Positions 6,952-18,200 of a stretch of 24,000 nucleotides of DNA are shown piece after piece (positions within the stretch are counted from its first letter, which is position 1; every line of letters starts with the position of its first letter). The translations under genes were made by a program, and so were the position numbers. This stretch comes from Pisciglobus halotolerans. Lineage in GTDB: Bacteria > Bacillota > Bacilli > Lactobacillales > Carnobacteriaceae. Where the stretch lies: the NCBI RefSeq assembly GCF_900113675.1, contig NZ_FOQE01000011.1, positions 1-24,000 on the forward strand, written 5' to 3'. The notes under the pieces were generated by a model that was not told the origin of the DNA, made no database searches, and saw only the letters and a program-made list of their open reading frames with translations.

Positions 6952-7070
6952 CATTTTTTAGAAGTTTAGACTTAGAAAAATGGCTCAAAGATGTGCAAGA
7001 GAATAGCTTATCTATTTTTTTTCTTTCATTTTTGGTATATTAAGAGTGCAATCAAGAAAGGGTGAGATAC

Positions 7071-7310
7071 ATGCTATCAAAAGATAAAATTGAACGCATC
7101 AATGCTTTGGCTAAAAAATCAAAAGCTGAAGGATTGACGATGAGCGAACAAAAAGAACAAAAAGAATTAAGAGAAGCTTATTTAGCCGCTTTTCGAGGTG
7201 GAATGCGCAATCATATTGAGGGAATGAAAGTTGTAGATGAAGAAGGTAATGATGTAACACCAGAAAAATTGAAAAATATCCAAAAAGAAAAAGGACTTCA
7301 TGGTCGCTAA
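7071..7310 (+). CDS. DUF896 / UPF0291 family protein (YnzC-like)
   Basis: The [30 protein letters not shown] pattern matches the YnzC family. ATG 7071 is preferred over the track's GTG 7062, which lies inside the AAAGGGTGAG RBS. It is divergent from lexA and upstream of tkt, as in Bacillus. Confidence 0.8.
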   Translation: MLSKDKIERINALAKKSKAEGLTMSEQKEQKELREAYLAAFRGGMRNHIEGMKVVDEEGNDVTPEKLKNIQKEKGLHGR

Positions 7311-7407
7311 GTTATGAATAAATAAGGGATACTTTTTGTGAAAAAAATGATATGATAGAGTGGTAATGAAAGCAGTTTATACGCTGATAAATGAAAGGAT
7401 GATTTAT

Positions 7408-9405
7408 TTGTTTGACAAGACAGATCAACTTGCAGTAGATACGATTCGTATGCTGAGTATCGAGGGCGTACAAAAAGCCAATTCTGGACATCCTGGTTTA
7501 CCGATGGGCGCAGCCCCTATGGCTTATGCTTTATGGAGCAGGCAATTGAAAGCTAATCCAAAGCATTCTCATTGGTTCGATCGTGACCGTTTTGTGTTGT
7601 CTGCTGGCCACGGCTCGATGTTATTATACAGTTTACTGCATTTATCGGGTTATGACGTTTCAATCGAAGATTTAAAACATTTTCGTCAATGGGAAAGCAA
7701 AACACCTGGACACCCTGAAGTCCATTATACAGACGGTGTGGAAGCGACCACCGGACCTCTAGGACAAGGGATCGCCAACAGTGTCGGCATGGCGATGGCA
7801 GAAGCTCACTTGGCGGCTACTTACAACCGTCCAGGTCATCAAATCGTTGACCACTACACCTATGCGCTATGCGGCGACGGAGACTTGATGGAAGGGATCT
7901 CCGCTGAAGCAGCCAGCTTGGCTGGACATTTGAAGTTAGGCAAGCTGATCCTATTATATGATTCGAACGACATTTCTCTCGATGGTCCGACGTCTAAAGC
8001 CTTTACTGAAAATGTCGGCAAACGGTTCGAAGCTTATGGCTGGGAACACATCTTAGTCAAAGACGGCAACGACCTCGAAACGATCAATGAAGCGATCGAA
8101 AAAGCAAAAGCGAACACAGAACAACCGACCTTGATCGAAGTCAAAACGGTGATCGGTTTTGGTGCGCCGAATGCCGGAACGCATAAAGTCCATGGGGCTC
8201 CATTGGGCGAAGAAGGGATCACTGCGGCGAAAAAAGCTTATGGTTGGGAAAATGAAGCCTTCTTCGTACCAGAAGAAGTAGCCGAACGTTTCCGCGAAAC
8301 GATGGTGGAAGCTGGCGAAAAAGCAGAAGCTGAGTGGAAAGAAGCAATGGCCGCTTACCGGGAAGCATACCCAGAATTAGCTGTTCAATTCGAATCAGCT
8401 TTAGCTGGCAAACTGCCGGTTGATTGGGACAGTGCCTTACCGACTTTTGATGTTGCAGATAAAGCAGCGGCTTCTCGTAAGACGAGCAGCCAAGTGTTGA
8501 ACGCGATCGCAGCAAAAGTACCTTACTTGTGGGGCGGTTCAGCTGATTTGTCTTCTTCTAACAATACGATGATCGACGACGTCAAAGATTTTCAGCCTGG
8601 TCAATACGAAGGCCGTAATATTTGGTATGGCGTACGAGAATTCGCGATGACAGCTGCGGCCAACGGGATCGCTTTACACGGCGGTTCGAAAACGTATGTC
8701 GGTACGTTCTTTGTGTTCACGGATTACTTGCGGGCAGCTATTCGGCTAGCTGCGATCTCTCACTTGCCAGTGACGTATGTCTTTACACATGATTCCGTTG
8801 CGGTCGGAGAAGACGGTCCAACGCATGAACCAGTCGAACATTTATCCAGCTTGCGTGGGATGCCGAATCTATCGGTGATCCGTCCAGCAGATGGTAATGA
8901 AGTAGCCGCGGCTTGGGAATTGGCGTTGAATTCCGCAGATCATCCAACGATCTTAGTGTTGAGCCGTCAAGACTTGCCTGTATTACCAGGGACGAAAGAA
9001 AAAGCCAGAAGCGAAGTGCAAAAAGGGGCTTATGTTCTTTCTCCGCAAGAAGGCGAACAACCAGAAGGCATCTTGATCGCAACTGGTTCAGAAGTTCAAT
9101 TAGCGATCGAAGCACAAAAAGAACTCAGGGCACAAGGCAAAGACGTTTCCGTCGTCTCTATGCCAAGTTTTGATTTGTTCGAACAGCAAGATGTGACGTA
9201 CCAAGAAAGCGTATTGCCAAAAGCAGTGCGTAAACGCGTCTCGATTGAGATGGGTGCCACATTCGGTTGGGAACGCTATGTCGGTTTAGATGGTGCTATG
9301 ATCGGGATCGACAAATTCGGTGCCAGCGCTCCAGGAACAGAAGTCATTGAAAACTATGGATTTACAACTGAAAAAGTGGTAGAAACGTACAATACTTTAG
9401 CTTAG
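7408..9405 (+). CDS. tkt: Transketolase
   Basis: The TTG 7408 start gives (M)[13 protein letters not shown]..., the usual Tkt N-terminus, with a GAAAGGA RBS. The SGHPG and TPP-binding GDGDLMEG motifs are present. 665 aa. Confidence 0.95.
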   Translation: MFDKTDQLAVDTIRMLSIEGVQKANSGHPGLPMGAAPMAYALWSRQLKANPKHSHWFDRDRFVLSAGHGSMLLYSLLHLSGYDVSIEDLKHFRQWESKTPGHPEVHYTDGVEATTGPLGQGIANSVGMAMAEAHLAATYNRPGHQIVDHYTYALCGDGDLMEGISAEAASLAGHLKLGKLILLYDSNDISLDGPTSKAFTENVGKRFEAYGWEHILVKDGNDLETINEAIEKAKANTEQPTLIEVKTVIGFGAPNAGTHKVHGAPLGEEGITAAKKAYGWENEAFFVPEEVAERFRETMVEAGEKAEAEWKEAMAAYREAYPELAVQFESALAGKLPVDWDSALPTFDVADKAAASRKTSSQVLNAIAAKVPYLWGGSADLSSSNNTMIDDVKDFQPGQYEGRNIWYGVREFAMTAAANGIALHGGSKTYVGTFFVFTDYLRAAIRLAAISHLPVTYVFTHDSVAVGEDGPTHEPVEHLSSLRGMPNLSVIRPADGNEVAAAWELALNSADHPTILVLSRQDLPVLPGTKEKARSEVQKGAYVLSPQEGEQPEGILIATGSEVQLAIEAQKELRAQGKDVSVVSMPSFDLFEQQDVTYQESVLPKAVRKRVSIEMGATFGWERYVGLDGAMIGIDKFGASAPGTEVIENYGFTTEKVVETYNTLA

Positions 9406-9424
9406 TCCATTGAATCTAAATGAT

Positions 9425-9467
9425 CCAGGCATTGAGAATACTTCTCTTGCTTGGGTCAATTTTTTTG
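9425..9467 (+). terminator. Rho-independent terminator of tkt
   Basis: CCAGGCAuuGAGA pairs with UCUCuUGCUUGG (about 11 bp with a bulge and one G-U). A T7 run follows 5 nt downstream. Confidence 0.55.
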
Positions 9468-9635
9468 TTGTCTTATCGAAAGGGAAAATGATAGAGGTTA
9501 AATGAAGACTGGAAACATAAAAAAGATCAGCCTTTCCTTTTCAATGATGTGAAACTAAAAGATCTTGCTGTTTATTTTTGTAAAAAACTTTAGTACAATA
9601 TTGTTATGTAAGGTTTTGAAAGGAGTGAAGATAGA

Positions 9636-9875
9636 ATGATGAGCACAGGTTTAGCTGTATTTTTAATTATTTTAGCATTATTAGCCGGTTTAGCAGGCGG
9701 TTTCTTTATTGCCAGAAAATATATGATGGACTATTTCAAAAAAAATCCACCAGTCAATGAAGACATGTTAAGAATGATGATGATGCAAATGGGACAAAAA
9801 CCATCTGAAAAGAAAATCAAACAGATGATGACTTCTATGAAAGTTCAGTCTGAAAAACAAACCAAAAAGAAATAA
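9636..9875 (+). CDS. UPF0154 family small membrane protein (YneF-like)
   Basis: 79 aa. It has an N-terminal transmembrane helix, then [32 protein letters not shown], characteristic of YneF. AAAGGAG RBS. Confidence 0.85.
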   Translation: MMSTGLAVFLIILALLAGLAGGFFIARKYMMDYFKKNPPVNEDMLRMMMMQMGQKPSEKKIKQMMTSMKVQSEKQTKKK

Positions 9876-9920
9876 TTGTTTTTTCTAGAAAAACAGTTTT
9901 TAAAGATTTTTTTCAAAAGG

Positions 9921-9950
9921 CGAGCAGAAGATGTTTCTGTTCGTCTTTTT
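9921..9950 (+). terminator. Rho-independent terminator after the yneF-like gene
   Basis: CGAGCAGAA (9921-9929) pairs with TTCTGTTCG (9935-9943), then TCTTTTT. Confidence 0.6.
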
Positions 9951-10020
9951 GTATAAACGCTGAATCAGGTATTTTCTTTTGTTGAAAGAAAGATCTAAAG
10001 AAGAGATCCTGAGTCAAAGA

Positions 10021-10058
10021 AAAACAGTTTCTATGCAGTTAGCAATAGAAACTGTTTT
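10021..10058 (-). terminator. Terminator of the acyltransferase gene (possibly bidirectional)
   Basis: AAAACAGTTTCTAT pairs with ATAGAAACTGTTTT (14-bp perfect arms, 10-nt loop), with A/T runs on both sides. It lies 18 nt beyond the stop of the minus-strand gene. Confidence 0.75.
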
Positions 10059-10075
10059 TCTTTGAGTTCTTTTCT

Positions 10076-10693
10076 TTATTTGTAATCATAATGAAAGTTA
10101 GGATCGATTTCTTGATCAAGCTGGTCGAAAGCTGATTGAATCTGATGATCGATCTTTGTTAGATTTTCTTTATTTAATTTTGTTTTGCGTTCTACATATA
10201 AAGGATCACCAAAACGAACCGATACACGTTTACGCTTTAACAAGTCTTTAACAGTGAGAGGGCCTTGGTAAACAGCTGGAATAATGGGAACGCCGCTTAA
10301 TTTAGCGATCGTTGCTGCACCGCCTTTTAATTCTGAAGAATGTCTTGTTCCAGTAGGAAAAATGATCAAACTTAATTTCCCGTCTTTTAAAATTTTTACT
10401 GGTTTTTTTATTGCACTCGGTCCTGGGTTTTCCCGATCAACAGGAAAGGCATTCAAGTGTCGAATCAGCCAACTGAGAAAAGGATTTTCGAAGAGTTCTT
10501 TTTTTGCCATAAAAGAAAATTGCCTTGGCTGTGCTGCTAAAGCCAAGTAAACAGGATCGATCCAAGTTCTGTGAGGCGCTACAATAATATAATTTTGATC
10601 TTTTGGCAACTTTTCCCTATTTTGATAGTGATGATTCCCATTTAATAAAAAAAGTAAAAAGCGTACAATGGCTAATACAATGCGATAAAACAA
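10076..10693 (-). CDS. 1-acyl-sn-glycerol-3-phosphate acyltransferase family protein (PlsC-like)
   Basis: 205 aa. HX4D motif (PHRTWID) and FPTGTR motif are present, plus an N-terminal hydrophobic segment. TTG start with a weak RBS, so the start is uncertain. Confidence 0.8.
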   Translation of the reverse strand: MFYRIVLAIVRFLLFLLNGNHHYQNREKLPKDQNYIIVAPHRTWIDPVYLALAAQPRQFSFMAKKELFENPFLSWLIRHLNAFPVDRENPGPSAIKKPVKILKDGKLSLIIFPTGTRHSSELKGGAATIAKLSGVPIIPAVYQGPLTVKDLLKRKRVSVRFGDPLYVERKTKLNKENLTKIDHQIQSAFDQLDQEIDPNFHYDYK

Positions 10694-10871
10694 GCCTACT
10701 CAACCTTTCTTTGCTTTTTGTTCATACTGCTCAATGTTACAAGCTCTAGTATGAGTGATTCTGTGCTATTTCGCAACCATTTTTTGACGCAAAGGACAGA
10801 CATCTTCGTTTTGTTAGGAAGATTTGTTATAATTGAAAGGATGAAGAGGTTAGTGAAGGTGAGATGGTAAG

Positions 10872-12014
10872 ATGAAATTTTTACATACTGCTGATTGGCA
10901 TATTGGAAAAAAATTACATGGATTTTCTTTACTGAATGAACAAAAAGAAGTTTTTGAACAGTTGTTGACGGTTGCTCAAAAGGAAAAGGTTGACGCGATC
11001 GTCATTGCTGGTGATTTATATGATCGATCCGTTCCGCCAGCTGAAGCGGTGCGTTTATTGAATGAAATGTTCTATCAATTAAATATTCAGCACAAATTTC
11101 CTATTTTAAGTATTTCTGGTAACCACGACTCTGCTACAAGACTGGAGACTGGAACCCCATGGTATCAAGAAATGAATTTTCACTTGCAAACCACGTTAAA
11201 TAAAGCTCTTTTCGAAGGCATCAAGTTAAAGGATGTTCAGTTTTTCCTGCTTCCTTATTTTGAGCCGGTCGATGCACGAATTTTCTTTGAAGACGAAACC
11301 CTTAAAACGCATGATGAAGCTGTCCAAAGAACGATTGAAGAAATGAAAAAAAACTTTGACCCTTCTTTTAAGCAAGTACTGGTTTCACATTTTTTCGTTG
11401 CCGGCAGTCAGAGAACAGACTCTGAAACAGAGGTGACAGTAGGGGGATTAGATAATGTTTCTTCCCACCATTTTAAGGACTTTCATTATGTTGCATTAGG
11501 ACATCTGCATCATCCTAATGCTTCAAAGCATCTCTTAATTCAGTATTCAGGAAGTCTTTTAAAATACTCAACTTCTGAGGCAAAGCAAGATAAAGGATTT
11601 CGTTTGATCGACATTGCAAAAGATGGAGCTGTACAAAATCAATTTGTTTCTGTGCACCCTTCAAAAGATCTGCTTGTCCTCGAAAATGACTTCTCGACAC
11701 TGCTTGACCCTCAATATTATCAGACGATCAAAAAAGATCAATATATTTTTGCTCGCTTGACAGATACGAGAATGATCCCGAACGCAATGGATCGACTCAG
11801 AGAAGTATACCCAAATATCATTGGAATGGAACGACTCAATCGTGCAGGATTAATGAATCATATTCAGCAACTTAAACATAAGGATCAACAGTTGTTAGCG
11901 CCAGATAAGTTGTTTGCAGTCTTTTATGAAGGCGTGACTGGCAAGACGTTGTCGCAAAAACAAGAAGAAATCGTAACGGAAACGATGGAATCCATTCAAA
12001 AGGAGGAAGAGTAA
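10872..12014 (+). CDS. sbcD: Exonuclease SbcD (Mre11-type nuclease)
   Basis: Calcineurin-like phosphoesterase motifs are present: HTADWHIG, AGDLYD, GNHD, GHLH. 380 aa. It is directly coupled to sbcC. Confidence 0.93.
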   Translation: MKFLHTADWHIGKKLHGFSLLNEQKEVFEQLLTVAQKEKVDAIVIAGDLYDRSVPPAEAVRLLNEMFYQLNIQHKFPILSISGNHDSATRLETGTPWYQEMNFHLQTTLNKALFEGIKLKDVQFFLLPYFEPVDARIFFEDETLKTHDEAVQRTIEEMKKNFDPSFKQVLVSHFFVAGSQRTDSETEVTVGGLDNVSSHHFKDFHYVALGHLHHPNASKHLLIQYSGSLLKYSTSEAKQDKGFRLIDIAKDGAVQNQFVSVHPSKDLLVLENDFSTLLDPQYYQTIKKDQYIFARLTDTRMIPNAMDRLREVYPNIIGMERLNRAGLMNHIQQLKHKDQQLLAPDKLFAVFYEGVTGKTLSQKQEEIVTETMESIQKEEE

Positions 12015-12015
12015 C

Positions 12016-15000
12016 ATGCGTCCCTTATCATTAGCTTTAACAGCCTTTGGTCCCTATATGGATGCAACGGTTGATTTTTCTTCATTTTATGACAACCACA
12101 TTTTCTTGATCGCAGGAAAAACAGGAGCAGGAAAAACAACGCTATTTGATGCGATCAGTTTTGCTTTATTTGGCAAAAGCAATGGTTCAAATCGTGAACC
12201 TAGAGAAATGCGTTCAACTTTTGCGGACGGTTCCATTCAAACGAGTGTCACGTTTACTTTTATGGCGCATCAGAAAAAATACGAAATCGTCCGCAGTCCT
12301 GCACAAGTACTTCCTAAAGTGAAGGGAGAAGGAGTAAGAAACGTTCCCGCTAGAGCTTCTATTCGTATTATGGATGAATTAGGCAATGAACTGGAACATT
12401 ATTCCAAAATAACTGAAGTTGATTCTTGTATCGAAGAGTTGATTCAATTAAATCATGATCAATTCAGACAAATTGTGATGATTCCTCAAGGAGAATTCAG
12501 AGATTTTTTGAATGCAAGCAGTGTAGACAAAGAAAACATTTTGCGACGTTTATTTAACACTGATCTTTATCAAGTGTTCAGTGAACGATTAAAAGAAAAA
12601 AACAAAAAAGCTTTTTCTCAAATTCAAGAAAAGGAAAAAATGCTGGAAACGCTCATGAGTCGTGCAAGATGGGTCGAAGCATTGGAAATAGAAGAAAGTG
12701 GTCATACTAAGAATATACTTGCTTTTCAACAATTGGGTAAACAGCAAAAACAATTAAAAGAAAAGAGCAGTGAAGCTAAAAAAGAATTAACCATTCTTGA
12801 AGCGCAGATCAAAGAAGCTGAACAACAGTTGGAAAGTGAGAAAGCACTGGATCAGTTGCATGAGCAAAAACAAGACCTAAATGAACAGCGAAAAATGCTG
12901 GCGCAGCAAAAAGAGACTATTGCAGAGAAAAAAAGAACGGTGCAGTGGATCAAAGAAGCGATAAATAATAGACCATTGTATGAACAGGTACAACAAAAAG
13001 AACAAGAAAAAGAAGTACTCAGCAAAAAAGTCATCAGCATTCAAAAAAATAGAGAATTGAGAGCCGTAGAAGAGCAGGAAGCATTAGCAGCATTGCAAAA
13101 AATGAAAGAAGCGATACCGGAGCAAGAACAGAGGAAAGCAGAAAAAATCAAATTAGAGCATTTAAAAGGAAACATAGAGGATTATCAAGCCTTGTTAAAT
13201 GATACTGAAAAAAAGAAAAGCTACTTTCACACAAAAGAAAAAGAGCTTCAAGAATATTCGGATAAACAACTTGAAAAGCAAAAAGAAATCAAAAAAATTG
13301 AAGCGTATTTGACTGCATATGAAAATGAAGAAAAAAATTATCATTATTTGAAGGAACAGTCTTCTGTTCATGCTTTGCACTTACACCAATTAGAAGAATT
13401 GATGACGTTAGAGGAACAGATCAAAAAAGCCGAGCAAGAGTGCAAAGATCTGGATAATAAAACAACAACTGAAAAGCTTATTCTAGAGGAGATCAGTCAA
13501 CAACATCAAAAAGCAAAAAGCGATTGGGCCAGAGTGCAAATTCAACGGTTATCAGAAGACCTGATTGATGGAGAACCTTGTCCAGTATGCGGTGCTACAG
13601 ATCATCCCTATCAACATCAACAACAAGATGAAACAGAGAAACAGTCAGCAATTGAAGTAGAAAAAAGGTTAGAAGAAGCTGAACAATCACAATCTAAGCA
13701 ATTTGGACGTTTGGAGCAGATAAAGGCCAAAAGAAACGAACGAAATGAGCAGTATCTATCCTTAAAAGAAACTTTTCAACATAAAAAGGCTGCTACGTCT
13801 TTCATTCAACAAGATGGAGATCTTGCTTTTCAATACAAAGAACTGAAGAAAGAAGAGCAAAAAAATAGTCAGCAAATCGCTGCTTTTGAAGAAAAACAGA
13901 AAGAAAAAGAAGCAAATGAAAAGCAACTCTTGCAACATCAAAAAAACATGCAAGAATGGTCGAATCAGATTGAAAGTCTAAAGACTCAAATGCAAAAAGA
14001 AAAAGATGCATTGAGTGAGCTAAAAGGTGAAAGTGTGCAATTAGAAAAATTGATTCCTGCTGTTTACTTAGATATAGCGGTCTATCAAGAAAAACTAGCA
14101 AATTTGACAGAAGAAGTCCAAAGATGGCAAGAAGCGTATGCTGTGTGTGAGCAGCAGCATAGCCTTAAAGAAAAACATGTTGAGAAGTTGTTGGGAGAGG
14201 AAAGCTATACACAAGATTCACTCGAACAAATAAAACAACAATTGAATGAGTTGCAAGCTCGATTTGATTTGGTTATTCAATCTTCTAGTTTTGAAAATCT
14301 GTCGTCTTTCTTTGTTTATATAGAAAAAGCGGACCAGCTTGGAACGCTAGAAACGGAAATACAGCAATATGAACAAAACTATTTTAGTGTGGAGCAGCAG
14401 CTTTTAAATATTGAAATCAAACTAAAAGGGACCGAACAGCCAAAAACTGCAGAAGTACAAGACAAAGTTGTTAAACTGGATGCAAAGCGATTCGAACTGG
14501 TCGAAAAAAAAGTGCGTCTTCAAAACGATATTGATCAAAACAGCCATATTATTAAGGAAGCTGAACAGCTATTGGATCAGCATCAGAAAGAGATGGATAC
14601 TTTCTTAGAGCTCAATGCATTGTCTTCTGTTGCAAATGGTGACAGCGAACAGAGCAAATTAGGATTTGAACGTTATGTATTATCTTATTTCTTAGAAGAA
14701 GTACTCACAATTGCCAATGAACGTCTTCAACAATTGTCTCATCACCGTTACTTATTTGATTTAAGACGCGAAGAAGGCACTTATAAGAAAAGTACCGGCC
14801 TAGAGATCAATATTTATGATGATCATGCAGGAGGAATTAGAAATGTCGGAACTCTTTCAGGAGGAGAAAGCTTTATCGCTGCTCTGTCTTTGGCTCTTTC
14901 TTTATCTGAAGTCGTGCAACAGTATGCTGGCGGAAATCAAATCGAAGCAGTTTTCATTGACGAAGGATTTGGTTCTCTAGATGAAGATGCACTGGAACAA

Positions 15001-15150
15001 GCGATAGAGGCGCTCATGCAGATCGACGGGAATGGAAGACTAGTGGGGATTATTAGTCACGTTAAAGAATTAAAAGAACAAATTCCCGATAAAATAGTGG
15101 TGCATTCTAAGGGAACTGGAAAAAGTTCTCTTTCTGTTCAACATGCCTAA
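12016..15150 (+). CDS. sbcC: Exonuclease SbcC (Rad50-type SMC-like ATPase)
   Basis: Walker A GKTGAGKTT, a long K/E/Q-rich coiled coil, zinc hook CPVCG, signature LSGGESF, Walker B VFIDEGFGSLD and ISHV are all present. The AAGGAGG RBS overlaps the sbcD stop. Confidence 0.93.
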   Translation: MRPLSLALTAFGPYMDATVDFSSFYDNHIFLIAGKTGAGKTTLFDAISFALFGKSNGSNREPREMRSTFADGSIQTSVTFTFMAHQKKYEIVRSPAQVLPKVKGEGVRNVPARASIRIMDELGNELEHYSKITEVDSCIEELIQLNHDQFRQIVMIPQGEFRDFLNASSVDKENILRRLFNTDLYQVFSERLKEKNKKAFSQIQEKEKMLETLMSRARWVEALEIEESGHTKNILAFQQLGKQQKQLKEKSSEAKKELTILEAQIKEAEQQLESEKALDQLHEQKQDLNEQRKMLAQQKETIAEKKRTVQWIKEAINNRPLYEQVQQKEQEKEVLSKKVISIQKNRELRAVEEQEALAALQKMKEAIPEQEQRKAEKIKLEHLKGNIEDYQALLNDTEKKKSYFHTKEKELQEYSDKQLEKQKEIKKIEAYLTAYENEEKNYHYLKEQSSVHALHLHQLEELMTLEEQIKKAEQECKDLDNKTTTEKLILEEISQQHQKAKSDWARVQIQRLSEDLIDGEPCPVCGATDHPYQHQQQDETEKQSAIEVEKRLEEAEQSQSKQFGRLEQIKAKRNERNEQYLSLKETFQHKKAATSFIQQDGDLAFQYKELKKEEQKNSQQIAAFEEKQKEKEANEKQLLQHQKNMQEWSNQIESLKTQMQKEKDALSELKGESVQLEKLIPAVYLDIAVYQEKLANLTEEVQRWQEAYAVCEQQHSLKEKHVEKLLGEESYTQDSLEQIKQQLNELQARFDLVIQSSSFENLSSFFVYIEKADQLGTLETEIQQYEQNYFSVEQQLLNIEIKLKGTEQPKTAEVQDKVVKLDAKRFELVEKKVRLQNDIDQNSHIIKEAEQLLDQHQKEMDTFLELNALSSVANGDSEQSKLGFERYVLSYFLEEVLTIANERLQQLSHHRYLFDLRREEGTYKKSTGLEINIYDDHAGGIRNVGTLSGGESFIAALSLALSLSEVVQQYAGGNQIEAVFIDEGFGSLDEDALEQAIEALMQIDGNGRLVGIISHVKELKEQIPDKIVVHSKGTGKSSLSVQHA

Positions 15151-15160
15151 ACGAACGATA

Positions 15161-15185
15161 AGCAAAAAAGGCAGATTTGCTTTTA
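15161..15185 (+). terminator. Weak candidate terminator after sbcC
   Basis: AGCAAA (15161-15166) pairs with TTTGCT (15176-15181), only 6 bp, with a 9-nt loop and a short T run. Confidence 0.3.
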
Positions 15186-15204
15186 TCAAGAAATATCGTA
15201 AAAT
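15177..15204 (+). promoter_or_regulatory. Candidate promoter of the SNF2 helicase gene
   Basis: -35 TTGCTT (15177-15182), 16-nt spacer, -10 TAAAAT (15199-15204). Confidence 0.35.
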
Positions 15205-15270
15205 GAAAGGATAGACATTTTTAAGTTTGCGAAACAGCAAAATGAGAAGTTCAGGAAAGTAGGTTGGGGT

Positions 15271-18200
15271 ATGAAGTGGAGTATACCGGAACGAATCATT
15301 GAGCAAGGCCGAAAATTAGTAGACGATAAGCGGGTCTTGTCCATTCATTCTATTTTGGAAAAGAGGATTTGGACAGCAGAAGTTTTAGAAGATGATGTGT
15401 ATCAAGTGGAATTAGATGGCACGACGAAAGAAGAAGATTTTTGCAGCTGTGACTACTGGAAAAACCATGGACATTGTAAACATACAGTTGCAGTTGAATT
15501 AGCTTTAAGAGATCGAGGCATCAGCCGAGTAATGACGCCTGATAATGCCGAAGAAGTTGAAATCGAAATGCCGGATCCTGGAAAAGAACTGACTAAGACA
15601 TTCTCAAGAGTCTTTTTTAATGAGCAATTAATAAATGATACAGCGCCAAGCCAACAGCAAACAAACCTTCAAATTGAATATAAATTGGAACATAAACCAG
15701 ATAATGCTGCTTTATTACGAAATCCTAATGAAGTGCTGGTGATTAGTTTACGAGCTGGAACGGATAAATTATATGTCGTCAAAGATTTAATGGCTTTTCT
15801 TGAATCTTTTATCAGACATGAAACGTTCGAACTCAATGCGCATGAAGAAATCGACTTTAAGACGGTTTCTATTACAGAAGAAGATCACCAAAGTTTAGTG
15901 TTCATGTATCAAGAAGCAGCATCTAATCAGTTTATTCGAGGTCAATATAACGAACCAAAATCAATTTTTAATAATAAGCGTTTTTTAGTGTTGAGTCCTT
16001 CTCATGCGGAAAATCTCATTAATTGTATACAAAAAACGGAACACATGATTTTTCAATCTGAAACAGGAAAGTATCCACATGTTCGCTTTATTCAAGATGA
16101 AGTTCCGATGCTTTTTGAAATGGATTATCAGGATAACGCTGTTGTTTTCTCTATCCAAGATCTCAAAGAAGCAGACTTAAAGCATTATCATTGGTTTATA
16201 AAGGACAACCTTTTTTATATTCCTTCATGGAAACAACTAGAAACGATAAAGCCTCTGCGCACTTTTTTAGCAAAGTATAAAGGAGATCAAATCCTGATCC
16301 ATCCAGAAGAAATGCCAGATTTTACGGCTTATGTTTTACCGCTTGTTTCAACATTAGGAGAAGTAAGAATGTCTGAACAAATGAAGCAATCTTTTGTTCA
16401 GGAACCATTAAAAAGTTGTATTTATTTTTCTTATCGTCACGAGAAATTAGAGGCGGTAGTCGAATTCAACTATCGTCATATGGTTTTGTCAACAGATCCT
16501 AAGGAAACTCAGCTTCCGGATGAAAATATTCAGGTCATTCGTGAAAGTCAAAAAGAGATCCACTTGCTGAACTTATTGAAACAGCTGGGATATGAAAGAG
16601 AAGAAACCAGTTATACAAAAAGAGTGGTACGTGATGAAGGCTTTTATACCTTCTTTACTAAAGAAATCTCTCTGCTTGAAGAAGAGGCTGAGGTTTATGT
16701 AGATGATGTTTTAGACCAATTGTTTTTAAATGAATTAGATACAGTTACAAAAGTTGATGTAGCTGAAAGCGGAAGTTTCCTTGATGTTCATTTTGATATC
16801 AAAGGTATTACCGACAATGAGGTTGATGCCGTACTCAGCAGTTTAATGGCTAGAAAAAAATTCCATACATTAAACAACGGTAAAATCCTTTCTTTAGAAA
16901 CAGATGACTTTCATGAAATCAGCACAGTATTAAGAGAATTGCGCGCTTCGAAAGATTTTCAAAATGGCAGTGTACAGGTGCCAAGTTATCGTGGATTAGA
17001 ATTAGAATCTGTTTTAGATAAAGAAAAAGGGAGCAAGCGAGATCTGTCGAAGAGCTTTCAGGATATGGTTTTTTACTTGAATGATCCTGAAACATTTGCA
17101 GTGGATGTACCAAAACAACTTCAAGGCACGTTAAGACCTTATCAAATGACTGGCTTCAAGTGGCTGAGTATGCTTTCAACATATGGCTTCGGCGGTATTT
17201 TAGCTGATGATATGGGATTAGGAAAAACGATCCAAATGATCACCTATATCTTGTCCGAAGTTGAAAAAAATGAAAAAGCACCTTTCCTTATTATCGCGCC
17301 CGCATCCTTGACTTATAATTGGTTCCACGAGATGAAAAAATTTGCACCTTCTATTGAATGCCAAGTTGTATCTGGCAGCATTGAAGAAAGAAAAACAAAA
17401 ATCCAAGAGGTCAAACCGAATACGGTATTAATTACTTCGTATCAAAGTTTTAGACAAGATGCTGAGGTCTATAAGACGCAACAATTTAGCACACTCATAT
17501 TGGACGAATCACAAATGGTCAAGAATTATCATACGAAAACATCAAAGGCATTACGAGATCTTCCTGTACCTCAAAAATTTGCTTTAAGCGGAACACCAAT
17601 TGAAAATAAAATTGATGAGTTATGGTCGATCTTTCAATTGATCATGCCGGGATTTTTTCCTAGTATCAAAAAGTTTCGCTCTCTACCAAATGAAAGGATC
17701 GCAAAAATGATCCAGCCATTCGTATTGAGACGAGTGAAAAAAGATGTACTCAAAGAATTGCCAAAAAAAATCGAGACCAATTTGTACAGTTCATTGTCAA
17801 AAGAGCAAAAGACAATTTATCTTGCTTATCTGCAGCAGATCCAAGAAAGTGTTCTTAATATGAGCGGCGATGAATTTAAACGTCATCGCATTGAAATTTT
17901 GTCAGGACTGACACGTTTACGGCAGATTTGTTGCGACCCGCGTTTATTTATGGATGACTATGAAGGCGAATCAGGAAAACTTGAGCAGTTGAAAGAAATG
18001 GTAGCAAACGGGCTGGAAAATGGTAAAAGGATGCTGATTTTTTCTCAATTCACCTCCATGCTCGATATCATTCAAAAAGAATTGGCCGCTCAAGAGATTG
18101 AAAGCTTCTATTTAAGCGGAAAAACAAAGCCAGTGGAGCGAATTGAAATGGTCAATCAGTTTAATCAAGGAGAAAAATCTATTTTCCTTATTTCTTTAAA

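Noticed and set aside
8034-9173. The cluster of 62-110-aa ORFs in other frames and strands within tkt.
   Set aside because: They all overlap the strongly supported tkt frame. They are explained by the local GC-richness reducing stop codons.
12852-14101. Antisense F/L/C-rich ORFs inside sbcC (12852..13040, 13195..13380, 13762..13953, 13802..14101).
   Set aside because: They are reverse complements of the K/E/Q-rich coiled-coil codons of sbcC. No independent signals.
15152-15165. CGAACGATAAGCA after sbcC, as an SOS box.
   Set aside because: Only the CGAAC half-site is present. There is no GTTC partner at the required 4-nt spacing.
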